Below the pieces are notes generated by a model. It was given only the letters and a program-made list of their open reading frames with translations. It searched no databases and was not told the DNA's origin. 64,000 nt of DNA from Podarcis muralis (Eukaryota): positions 99,448,001 to 99,512,000 of the forward strand of contig NC_135657.1 of assembly GCF_964188315.1 (NCBI RefSeq), read 5' to 3'. Positions 1 to 10,632 of the stretch are shown in pieces. Made by a program: the position numbers and the translations under genes. Position 1 is the stretch's first letter, and each line of letters begins with the position of its first letter.

Positions 1-350
1 AAGGTCTTCAAGTGCCTGAAGTTCAGCAGGCTGCAAGGTATATCTGATCTCAGCTGAGAAGGAGTTTCTCAGAGTTGGGCCCGCACTGCTGTGACTCCTG
101 GTGGCTGCAAGGAATATGTCGGAGACATGGATGACCACAAACAGTGACTTCCTTGAAGACCTCAGTGATCTGGCAGGGATATAAGAAATCAGATGGTTTT
201 TAAGGTATCCTGGACCCAAGTTGTTAATGGCCTTGTCAATTAATACCTTAAACTTAGCCCAGTAATATATTGGCAGCCAGTGCGAGCTTTTAAGGAAGGG
301 AGTTAAGGGCTGCTGGTAGTTTGTGCCCACCAACAGTCTACCCTGAGTAA
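1..350 (-). mobile_element. Old L2-like LINE 3' region
   Basis: Degenerate resemblance to the reverse complement of L2 ORF2 ends (GAAGACCTCAGTGATCTGGCAGG, GGCAGCCAGTG). Boundaries approximate. Confidence 0.5.
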
Positions 351-735
351 AAATTAGTTGAATACAACCAAGTCTTGAGGTTACCAATGCATGAATCATC
401 ATGGCCTGGCAATCCCTGTCCTGGAAAAGCCAAAGTTGGCATATCAGCCATAGCTGAAAAAAGGCAGCCCTACCCATTGAGACTGCTGTAGCACAAGTAA
501 CAGAGATGGGTACAGGAACACCTCCAAACAATGAACCTTTTGTTTCAGAGGCAACTGGCCAATCTCCAGGGTATGAAGGGGGGGAAATACTGAAAGCAGA
601 ATGCTAGTAGCATCGGTGTGGGTGTCAAAAAATGCAGTATGTAGTTGCATATTTGAATAAAATGGTTGCAAACAACAACTGCTGGCGACAATTATGCAAG
701 ATCCAAGGCTGAGCCTCTCAAAGGAGACACGCTTT

Positions 736-912
736 GGGGAGAGCTCAGAAGTAGTACATGTGTGTCGCTTGCAGAAGGTCCTGAATTCAATCCTTAGCAT
801 TGCCAGTTAACAGCATCTTGGATACCACAGCTGGGGAAGACCTTGGAGAGCTGCTACCAATCAGAGTAGTAGACAATACTGGGCTAGATAGCCGAATCGT
901 CCCGTGACAGAA
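736..912 (+). mobile_element. tRNA-derived squamate SINE (Squam3-like), degenerate
   Basis: AGCTCAG..GCAGAAGGTCCTGAATTCAATCC head and GGAGAGCTGCTACCAATCAGAGTAG..ACAATACTGGGCTAGAT body. Confidence 0.6.
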
Positions 913-3870
913 GTATATATGTAGGTATCAAGTATTTTTTCTTAAACAAAATGTTTAAGAAGATAAATGGTACAGTAAAATTCAATGTAAACTACAAGGG
1001 TGTGTGTGCGCGTGCATAAAATAAGGATTTCATTTTTGTAAACTTTAGAGAGATAAGCCTGACATGGGCACAGGATATGTCAAAAGGATGGGGGGGGGGG
1101 GAGTAAAGTATAATGATTTCTTATTTGGTGTTCTGAAAACAAGTGTATTCAGTTTACCCAATTCTTAAGTGGGTTATCTTGCTCTTTATCTGTGCAGGCT
1201 GTTGGTTTTGATAGCTGATCTTGCTTCAATTATTTTTATGTTTCAAAATTTATGTGTGATAGCCAAAGCTTTGTTGGCTGTGACATTAATGAAGAATTCT
1301 TCATTAATGCTTCAGGTGTATTGAGTTTTGGGAAAAGAACAAGAAAAAACAAGGAATGTCAAAATTAGCTGTCTGTAGTATTTGCTTAGATCAGCTGTGT
1401 ATTAAAATTTAATTTTGTGGCGCACCAATGCAATCTGTCAAATGTTTTCATGACTGTATACATTTTCAACTTCATTAGTAAAATAAAGCAGATGTCTGGG
1501 GTATATTTATAATATGTATGCTTTACAACTGTAAGATCACTAGGTGTCACTAGAAGTGCATTGTTCAGCTACTTAATTTTTTTTTTTTTTTTTTGCTGTT
1601 ATCTCATAGTTTTGTAATCTGACTTTTATATCAAGAGATTGCAAATCAGGGATTTTCAAACTTCCTACCTGAAGGGGAACACTTTTCTGTGTTAACTTCT
1701 TTGTTGTGGAACACCCCTGTTGCAGAGTGTTCTGCGGCGTAGTTGAAGATGTGCTCTCAGTTCTCCCAGGGCAGTGGATGAGCTTGTTTATTTATAAAGT
1801 TTATTGATTACCTAATCAACAAAAGTTTTCTGGGAAGTTCATAACAGGTTCTGACATAATTGAAACATGAAAATATTAGAACGTTAATTGAAACACTGTT
1901 GCCTTGGAGAACTGATATTATTTGAGAACAACCCAGCAGTAACCTGCAGTTTAGATCCCTCCAGGATCAGCCCTCCCAGTAGCCCCTTCCATTTCTGTTT
2001 TGCTGAGGCAATACAAATACTGCGTGGGATTAAACTAATAAGCCCTGTCGGCAGAAGTCCTATGCAAGAACTTCGAGTTTCATAATGGGGCTTTTCCCTC
2101 TCCTCCCTCCAAAATTGGCTTGGGTGGGGGTTCAGGAGAACTCCCAGCACAGTGTGCAAGGGGAGGAGGAGGAGTATCTTTTCCCCTGGCAAGCCTAAAT
2201 GCTTGCTGTGATGGAATGATAGCCTTAGTGCAATGCTGAATTCTTGTGGATGCTTAATGTTTAACAATAATAAACTAACAGTTTAGTATTGCTAAACTCT
2301 AAACATTACGGTATTTGCTTCTGTGGTAAAGCAGCACAGGCATTCTGCAAGGCCATTTCACTATAGAAAGACCCTACAACAGATGGTATTGGAAAGCCAC
2401 AACAGCGAAATCAGGAAGAGGTTGATGCCCTAGGGGTGGCAGTGATAGCTGCTGGTCTGTCTTAGGAGGCAGGATGTTTTGCCTTGAACCTGGAAGAGCC
2501 CACAACAAAACATTACAGTTGTGAAGTGCTCGTATTCAGAGATCCAGCCAGGATCTTCCCCAAAAGAAGTTATTCAACATGTTCTGTCTTCATTGAGCTA
2601 CTTTGAGATCTCTCCCACTAAAATATTCCTTGTATGTCTACAAAGCTTAGAATTTTTCCAAGCATCTTGACACCACCCCCATTAGTGCAGTTTCACCTAT
2701 AGTGTCTAAAGAAGGATAGACATTCGGAAAATGAGTTTGTTGGTAACATGATCATATGATGAGTAAAGTTTGTCAATGCAGGACAGTTCTTTCTTATAAA
2801 TAGGCTTTAGAAAAACCCTAGAATTTCTTGGAGTGCAGATTGGACAATAGTGCTACAGTGTAACACAGTAACAGTTTAAGCCCATTATTAGAAAACTGGC
2901 GATTCAAATGCTCTGTGAAGTGTTCACATCATTCATCACACAAAATTCAGGTCACAAACTCTTATCATAAGATTTACTCCTGCTGTATATAGATACTGAA
3001 AATGTATACATGCTTTGGGTGAGAAATATTGACCCTGTGTGTTCTTAGAAAATACTTGTCAAGACCATTTGATCCATAATGAAATGCTTACACTGAAAAC
3101 ACTTTCATGTGAAAATTAGCTTTTTGCACTTGCACAGATCATAGCTTGTAATTTATATATAAAAAGTCCATAATCTCTGAAGCTTCTGTAACAGATCTAT
3201 GGATTCCTAGGAAAGGCTGTAAATAAAGGCATAGTGGCTGGGAAGAAACGTATCTGTTAGACCACATTGCAAATATTTTGTTTTGCTTTCTCTTACTGCC
3301 TGCTGTGTGTGGATTTTCAAATTTGTCTTGGTTGGTTTGACTAGATTAGGCATGACATGAAGGATTGAAACTTTTTGGCATGCTCACAGATAGGGAAGCT
3401 ACAGCCATGCATGTTAGCAAGAGGTTAGCTGGGTAATTTTATGTTCCTGAGCTTTCAGGACTGAAGAAATGACTGATAAAAGTGTAAGTATTAGAAATAG
3501 TGTATGTTCTCTCATTGAAATTCCAGTGCTTGTGGTTTCAAAAGAGTAGGAGATACCAAGGATGCTCACTTTGACCATAAAACAGAGTGACTGACATTTA
3601 AGCCTTGCCAGAAGGGCTTTGTCTTGAACTCTGGGTGCCAGCAAAACGAAGGAATGTGACCCCTGTCCTTCCTTTCCAGTGCCTAAATTACTAGTTTATT
3701 TACAGATTTGTGCTCTATCTTCATTCTAATGAATATAAATAGAAATTGTAGCATATTAAACATCCCTTTTACAAGCAGGCGAGTGGTTCATATGGTGATC
3801 TGAGCTTTCTAGAAAAAAATATAACTCTAAGGGATTTTAGATATGATGGAAGGAACAGATGAGAAGTAAA

Positions 3871-4025
3871 CTATAGAATTGTAGAGTTGGAAGAGATCCA
3901 AAGGGTCATCTAGTTCAATGCAGGAGTCACAGCTAAATAATCCCTGGCAGATGGGCATCTTAACCTCTGTTTAAAAAACTCCAGTAAAGGAGAATCCACC
4001 ACCTTCCGAGGTTCGAGCCCTATCC
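3871..4025 (-). mobile_element. CR1-like 3' end fragment
   Basis: ATAGAATTGTAGAGTTGGAAG...GGTCATCTAGTTCAA...AAAAACTCCAGTAAAGGAGAATCCACCACCTTCCGAGG is typical of reptile CR1 3' ends. Confidence 0.7.
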
Positions 4026-4049
4026 TTTTGAGCAAGATACCCTCTAGGG

Positions 4050-4185
4050 CAGGCAGATGCAAACTCCGGCCCTTCAGATGTTTGGGACTACAAGTCCCAT
4101 CATCCCTGACCACTGGTCCTGTTAGCTAGGCATGATGGGAATTGTAGTCCCAAACATCTGGAGGGCCGGAGTTTGCCTATACCTG
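4050..4185. mobile_element. 136-bp hAT MITE
   Basis: CAGGCA..GCAAACT termini; 8-bp TSD CTCTAGGG; palindromic interior. Confidence 0.85.
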
Positions 4186-4272
4186 CTCTAGGGGTTGTGG
4201 CCAGCTGTGGCTTTGCAACCAAATTTTACACTAAAGATATATATGAATTCATTTTTGTTTTGTTTTGCTCAG

Positions 4273-4357
4273 ATGCCGAGAAGCTGGAGCACACGTTGAT
4301 GAGTCACTGTATCCTGCAATAAATACTAATGAAGGGTTACCTCAATTTTTTAAAAAG
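4273..4357 (+). CDS. MCPH1: Microcephalin exon 4 (end of N-terminal BRCT region)
   Basis: ctcAG|A TGC CGA ... AAA AAG|GTgtgt. Translates [28 protein letters not shown], matching recalled human [22 protein letters not shown]; phase fits the next exon. Confidence 0.93.
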
Positions 4358-5064
4358 GTGTGTATATAGCTTCCTAATGGTTTTGAATGTAAGCTTTAAT
4401 TTTTATTTCAAATTGATCCTAATTAATCTTTGGTCGTCTGAAAGTTATCAGTGGGTTGAATGCTTAAAATTTAGCACAGGTGTTCCAAAGTCCAACTTAC
4501 CTATAAGGGACCTGTGGTTCAGGTAGTAGTGTTTACTAACATTCTAGCCTTGCACCCTGAGAAAATTATCTGGTAATGTTTGTTATTAACATTGCAGTTA
4601 TCAGCTGCCCCCCTCAACCGTCCTTTTGCCTCCATAAATTTATGGTGGGTCACTCAACTTCTCATATGAAGCCAAAATGTCTGTAGCCTGTTTTTTTTAA
4701 TTATTATAGGTCAGTATGGGATGTGCAAAACCCACCCTTTGGAGTGTTTCAGTTTATCTTACTCAGCAGGCTTTATGTAGATTTCCAAGAGAGTATCTCC
4801 TTAAAATAAAATAAAAAAGCTGCTCATGCAGCGTTCCTGCAGTTTTGAAATTGCGTACTTATAGGAGGAAACCAGTGCACACATGCTGACAAGACTGCTA
4901 GATATGGGTAGGAATGTTTTGGCAGCTGTGCTGTGGCTTGGTGGAAATATATTATACCTTATATACAGTATTTCTATCTTCCCATGTCCTGTGAGAAATG
5001 TGAAAGAAGTATTATTTCTTAGATTTATGAATGCTTTAAATATTTTGTTGTTGTTGTTTCGTAG

Positions 5065-5179
5065 CACAAATGCATGCAGCCCAAAGACGTTGTTAGAAAA
5101 GCTCCAGAAAATGACAGGAGACTGCAAAAAAGGATCGATGTTCTGACTAAAGAGTTAGCTATGCAAAAAGCAGCAACAG
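5065..5179 (+). CDS. MCPH1: Microcephalin exon 5 (115 bp, GC donor)
   Basis: cgtAG|CAC AAA TGC ATG CAG CCC ... ACA G|GCAAGT. HKCMQPKDVVRKAPENDRRLQKRIDVLTKELAMQKAAT vs human [23 protein letters not shown]. Confidence 0.92.
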
Positions 5180-5635
5180 GCAAGTATAAAACCTGTTCTA
5201 ATGCACTGAAAAGAAATACTGGGATTTTCAAAAACTTGAGGATGGTCTTAAGGAATGGTTTTTCAATTGTAATTGAAACTAATATCAAGAAGTGGAGGCC
5301 CCTGTGAAATTTGTAGGGTCAGATAAACCATGAGAAGGGAGAAGGCAAATGTCTTCCTTCACTATTTTGTTCCTCTTTCTTGTCTTTCCCTACTAATTGA
5401 TCATTTGTGGAGGAAAGAGGAACAGGAGCAACTAAATTTTCCACAAACTTGTTTCTCTATAACTTTCTCAAATCCTCCCCAATGGCCAGTTTGGGGTCAA
5501 TGTGCTCTGAATCCTTTGATTTCCCACTCTGCAGTCTCTGGTTAGAAAGGAGAAACTCAGGCGTGCTCAGCTGTCATACATAGTTCTAGTCTCTGCTCTG
5601 GGCCAGCCTCCTCTGCACTCCTCTCTTTGGCTGGA

Positions 5636-6280
5636 TATATTTCTGTGTCCAGGGCAGCTGTCTACCAGCTCCATCTGGTACACAGGCTGAGACCCTACCT
5701 GCCCACAGACTGTCTCGCCAGAGTGGTGCATGCTCTTGTTATCTTCTGCTTGGACTACTGCAATGCGCTCTACGTGGGGCTACCTTTGAAGGTGATCCAG
5801 AAACTACAACTAATCCAGAATGTGGCAGGTAGACTGATGACTGGGAGAACATTTAACACCGGTCCTGAAAGACGTACATTAACTCCCAGTACGTTTCCGA
5901 GCACAATTCAAAGTCTCGGTGCTGACCTTTAAAGCCCTAAACGGCCTCAGCCCAGTATAACTGAAGGAGCGTCTCCAACCCCGTTGTTTAGCCCAGACAC
6001 TGAAGTCCATATCTGAAGGCCTTCTGGTGGTTCTCTCCCTGCGAGAAGTGAGGTTACAGGGAAGAAGGCAGAGGGCCTTTTTAGTAGTGGTGCCTGCCCT
6101 GTGGAACGTCCTCCCATCAGATGTCAAGGAAATAAACAGCTATCTGACTATCTGACTTAGATAGGGAAGTTTTTATGTTTGATGTTTTATTGTGTTTTTA
6201 ATATTCTGTTGGGAGCCTCCCAGAGTGGCTGGGGAAACCTAACCAGATGGGAGGGGTGGAAATAAATTATTACTATTATT
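5636..6280 (+). mobile_element. L2-clade LINE 3' fragment
   Basis: ARVVHALVIFCLDYCNALYVGLPLKVIQKLQLIQN is the L2 ORF2 C-terminal motif; 3' UTR CCCAGAGTGGCTGGGGAAAC and (TAT)n tail. Confidence 0.85.
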
Positions 6281-6773
6281 TCCTGGAATCAGTAAGCTAC
6301 AATAAAGTATATGTGCTTCACCCACATTCAGAACCAACTCTGAGCAAGAAAGGGAGCAGTTTTTGACAGACACTCCAAAGTTTTTCTACAAGGGTAATGA
6401 GACCCAGATATCCAACCTTCCTCACCGTTACCCATGTTAGACACTCAGCCTTTCCATACTGTGGAATTCTATAGGATATTATAAATCAGATAACTTACGT
6501 TCGGAATAATATTTTCCGTTAAGGTTTCTCCAGAATTAGTGCCTTTTTAAAAAGTCTGGTGTAGGCCTTCATCTAGCAGCAGCAATCTATATATAGAAAT
6601 AGTTTTCCTTGCATGGATTAGCTGCAGCACAAATGCCAAAGTTAGCTACACATAATAGGGAAATCTGCATCCAGCATCTAGTTTCCATGTGCATTTCTCC
6701 CTCTCCCCCCCCCCCCCGGTGATTGATCAGTAAGTTTTAAGTAAAATATTTATTAGCAGATAAAATTCCCATA

Positions 6774-6999
6774 CAGCGGTACCTCTGGTTACATATGCTT
6801 CAGGTTACAGACTCCGCTAACCCAGAAATAGTGCTTCAGGTTAAGAACTTTGCTTCAGGATGAGAACAGAAATCGTGCTCCAGCAGCGCAGCAGCAGCAG
6901 GAGGCCCCATTAGCTAAAGTGGTGCTTCAGGTTAAGAACAGTTTCAGGTTAAGTACAGACCTCCGGAACGAATTAAGTACTTAACCCAAGGTACCACTG
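6774..6999. mobile_element. Tigger-like MITE
   Basis: TA|CAGCGGTACCTC ... GGTACCACTG|TA; internal GCTTCAGGTTAAGAAC repeats. Confidence 0.85.
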
Positions 7000-7140
7000 T
7001 AGTTTCTTTAGCAGTGACAAAAGTATTGGCAGAAGTAGATAGGACCAGGAAATAGCTGGTGAAATACCAGCCTGATCTTAATTTCCATTGTTGAGTTAGC
7101 ATGTGTTGCTTATCCCACCTCATATCCCTATATTGTAGTG

Positions 7141-7276
7141 CAGGCTTCCTCAAACTCAGCGCCCCAGGTGTTTTTGGCCTCCAACTCCCGTCATCCCTAG
7201 CTAGCAGGACCAGTGGTCAGGGATGATGGGAATTGTAGTCTGAAAACATCTGGAGGGCCAAGTTTGAGGAAGCCTG
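7141..7276. mobile_element. 136-bp hAT MITE
   Basis: TIR CAGGCTTCCTCAAACT / AGTTTGAGGAAGCCTG; TSD TTGTAGTG / TTGTAATG. Confidence 0.85.
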
Positions 7277-7763
7277 TTGTAATGCAGTAGTAGCTAATGT
7301 GAACACCTCCCTACGTTCTTGGACTCCATCAGTTTCAGCCAGCATGGCCAATAGTGAGGGATTGTAGGAATCGGAGTCCAATAACTTGTAGACAACACCA
7401 CATTGACTGCCTCTGTTGTATTGCATGTGTTTGGTTCTTTTATCGACTGACTGAATCTGTCATGTTTCAAGTTTAATCTCTTGGCCACAATAAACTGAAT
7501 TAAATATTGAATTGGATGAATGTTGTGTCCTATGGGAGGCTATAGCTGATTGGCTAGAACCATGAACCAGAGTGATACTGTGAGGAGGTGAAGATACACT
7601 GCAGCATTCTAGTTGTGTTTTCCACTTGTTTAGATACATTTGGAAAGTTTTTGGAAACTTGCTCAAAACCTGTAGCAATAAAATTGTATAAAATTAGCTT
7701 TTCAAAATGTTACGTTGAATATTGCCATTGAATATTGAATCCGCCTTATAATTTGCCTTTTAG

Positions 7764-7904
7764 AAACAGAAGCACCGGTTTTGTTATTTAAAGATGATGG
7801 TTCATTAGTCTACAGCCCAGCAAGTAAAATAAAGTATCAGTGCAGAGCAATGGAGAAAAGAATAAAAGAAATGAAGGAGAAAAGAGAAAATCTTTCCCCT
7901 ACTG
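7764..7904 (+). CDS. MCPH1: Microcephalin exon 6
   Basis: tttAG|AA ACA ... CCT ACT G|GTatga. TEAPVLLFKDDGSLVYSPASKIKYQCRAMEKRIKEMKEKRENLSPT vs human VPILLFESNGSLIY...AMEKRLQEMKEKRENLSPT. Confidence 0.95.
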
Positions 7905-8385
7905 GTATGATTCTATGTTTCTTGTGATTTGTGAAAGGGCAAAAAATATTTTACTTTTTTACTGCTGATGTTTTCTGGGCATTGTCACCATTTTGCCAGT
8001 ATTTTGCCCCTGAACCAGACTATAGTGCTGGAAACATACTGATATATGATGTCTTAAGTTTTGCAGCTTATTCATGTGTATGTTCTCTAAACCCATACAT
8101 ATTGAAGCCTTGTTTACTTTGCTCTTAATATAAATAAGTATGAGAAAAATTGCATTAAGCTTTACAGTAAGTGTTGTGATGGGATGTGAAAGTTTTCCTA
8201 GACCCAAGAACATGTTACTTTTTTGTTCTAAACTAGCACATTTATATTTATTTTAATCATAAATAGACTTTTTTCTTTTCATGTTTTCTCCTTCTCTGCA
8301 ATATCAAAAAGCAGAAACCAGTAGAAGTGTGGGGAATATTCTGCCTGTCAGATCTAGATTTAAGAACTCCTCTAAGCTGTTAACA

Positions 8386-8749
8386 GGGACGCGGGTGGCG
8401 CTGTGGGTAAAAGCCTCAGCGCCTAGGGCTTGCCGATCAAAAGGTCGGCGGTTCGAATCCCCGCAGCGGGGTGCGCTCCCGCTGCTCGGTCCCAGCGCCT
8501 GCCAACCTAGCAGTTCGAAAGCACCCCCGGGTGCAAGTAGATAAATAGGGACCGCTTACTAGCGGGAAGGTAAACGGCGTTCCGTGTGCTGCGCTGGCTC
8601 GCCAGATGCAGCTTGTCACGCTGGCCACGTGACCCGGAAGTGTCTCCGGACAGCGCTGGCCCCCGGCCTCTTGAGTGAGATGGGCGCACAACCCTAGAGT
8701 CTGGCAAGACTGGCCCGTACGGGCAGGGGTACCTTTACCTTTACCTTTA
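8386..8749 (+). mobile_element. Sauria SINE, young subfamily, full length
   Basis: GGGACGCGGGTGGCGCTGTGG head, B box GGTTCGAATCCC, (ACCTTT)n tail; 14-bp TSD CTAAGCTGTTAACA. Confidence 0.93.
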
Positions 8750-9012
8750 CTAAGCTGTTAACAATCCCTCATTGAAGACAGACAAGTCTCTCAGTAGCTT
8801 TATGACTATTAAATACTGAACACTTAACACATCTAAAATATTTAAAACTAATTTGAATTTCTAAAAGGCTTGTAAATATAGTACTATATAGTAGTATGGT
8901 GTTTGTATTAACACATTAGTATTTAATAAATCTATTTGTTCTGTACCTTAACATGTATTGAAATACAAAAATTGAATCTATGAATGATTTAGCTAATTAT
9001 TTGCACTTTCAG

Positions 9013-9108
9013 CTTCACAGATGTCTCAGGGATCTGACTCTAGTTCTAATCCAGCAATGCATGAATCAATTCTTGTTTCTACCAGTTCAGCTTGCGCATT
9101 GTCATCAG
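9013..9108 (+). CDS. MCPH1: Microcephalin exon 7 (96 bp, phase 1-1)
   Basis: ttcAG|CT TCA CAG ATG ... TCA G|GTaaaa. ASQMSQGSDSSSNPAMHES vs human SSQMIQQSHDNPSN; open frame and compatible phases. Confidence 0.85.
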
Positions 9109-9232
9109 GTAAAAGGAGGGAGGGACTTCTAGTATTCATGTGTAAAAATTAAAACATAAATATAAAATATTGTCTCATGTTAGATAGTATATTGTAAATA
9201 AGATGTTTTAACGATGCATATGAGATTAAATT

Positions 9233-9593
9233 GGGACGCGGGTGGCGCTGTGGGTAAAAGCCTCAGCGCCTAGGGCTTGCCGATCGAAAGGTCGGCGGTT
9301 CGAATCCCCGCGGCGGGGTGCGCTCCCGTTGTTCGGTCCCAGCGCCTGCCAACCTAGCAGTTCGAAAGCACCCCAGGTGCAAGTAGATAAATAGGGACCA
9401 CTTACTAGCGGGAAGGTAAACGGCGTTCCGTGTGCGGCTCTGGCTTGCCAGAGCAGCGATGTCACGCTGGCCACGTGACCCGGAAGTGTCTCCGGACAGC
9501 GCTGGCCCCCGGCCTCTTGAGTGAGATGGGCGCACAACCCTAGAGTCTGTCAAGACTGGCCCGTACGGGCAGGGGTACCTTTACCTTTACCTT
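9233..9593 (+). mobile_element. Sauria SINE, young subfamily, full length
   Basis: Same structure; TSD TATGAGATTAAATT (9219-9232 / 9594-9607). Confidence 0.93.
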
Positions 9594-10081
9594 TATGAGA
9601 TTAAATTGGCTATGTGGCCTCTTTCCAGGCTTGCATCAGTGGACATGGTGTGTATGATGCTGTAGTCATACAAAGGTTAAGGACTGCATGTGATGTTTTA
9701 CTGAAGAGAGCTGTTGAAATAGACTTTTCTCAGTTATGAGGGGGAAATGCTAAGTTTCTTGATTCTCTAGTATTTCTAATTGTAAGCATAAAAGTATGAC
9801 TTTTTAAGTCTCTTGCCTTGTTCAAAGCTTCAAAGTAATTTGTGATACAAAGTAATCACAGGAATTAACCAGACACAAGTTACTTGTTGCCAGAGGGTGC
9901 AATTTTGCTCGCAAGGCCATATTCACCAAACCTTGTCCACCCAACCATCAGCTGAAATCAGTGGGGATTAAAGCCTCTTTCAAAAATAACTGAATAGTGT
10001 TGTGCCGATTTCTTTGAATTGTCTTTAAGAGGCTGGTTGTTTTCTGCTTTTAATGCAATGTTAATTGCTTTCTGCTTGTAG

Positions 10082-10432
10082 GAGAGAGCAGTGACCATTT
10101 AAACTCAAGTTTCACTAACTTGTTGGGAAATTCTAAAAGCAAGAACCTGAAAAAGGAATCTAGCAAATGTGTGCCTGAAGTTGAAGGAGCCAGAGAAGTG
10201 CTAGGCAGTTCTCCAGTTTACGCAGGTGACTCCAAACACACAACTCTGAAAGAATCTAGTGGCAAACATTTAAGAAATACATTTTGCTTGGAAGATGGCT
10301 TGCTTCCCACAATGGCGAAAGCTGAAATGTCCTCTGCAGAGAAACACAGTGAAATGAAGGATTGCTTTACAGCTAAGACTGGAAGTCACCTTTTCCAGAC
10401 AAACAATGACTACAGACTGTCTTCAGAAAAAC
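10082..10432 (+). CDS. MCPH1: Microcephalin exon 8, 5' part (remainder lost in the assembly gap)
   Basis: tgtAG|GA GAG AGC ... open frame GESSDHLNSSFTNLLGNSKS...DYRLSSEK up to the N run; in frame with ORF 10120; resembles human GGLHSSFDDLCGNS and YRLSP. Confidence 0.85.
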
Positions 10433-10632
10433 NNNNNNNNNNNNNNNNNNNNNNNNNNNNNNNNNNNNNNNNNNNNNNNNNNNNNNNNNNNNNNNNNNNN
10501 NNNNNNNNNNNNNNNNNNNNNNNNNNNNNNNNNNNNNNNNNNNNNNNNNNNNNNNNNNNNNNNNNNNNNNNNNNNNNNNNNNNNNNNNNNNNNNNNNNNN
10601 NNNNNNNNNNNNNNNNNNNNNNNNNNNNNNNN
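10433..10632. other. Assembly gap (exactly 200 N, probably a placeholder size)
   Basis: Run of 200 N seen directly. Confidence 0.99.

Noticed and set aside
1-4272. Search for MCPH1 exons 1-3
   Set aside because: No matching coding sequence seen; presumed upstream.
8386-8465. tRNA-like A/B boxes in SINE heads
   Set aside because: They continue into SINE bodies with TSDs; no complete cloverleaf, so not tRNA genes.
8281-9553. ORFs of 66-103 aa recurring at SINE positions (also 18040, 22250, 37223)
   Set aside because: They are translations of Sauria SINE sequence, not genes.
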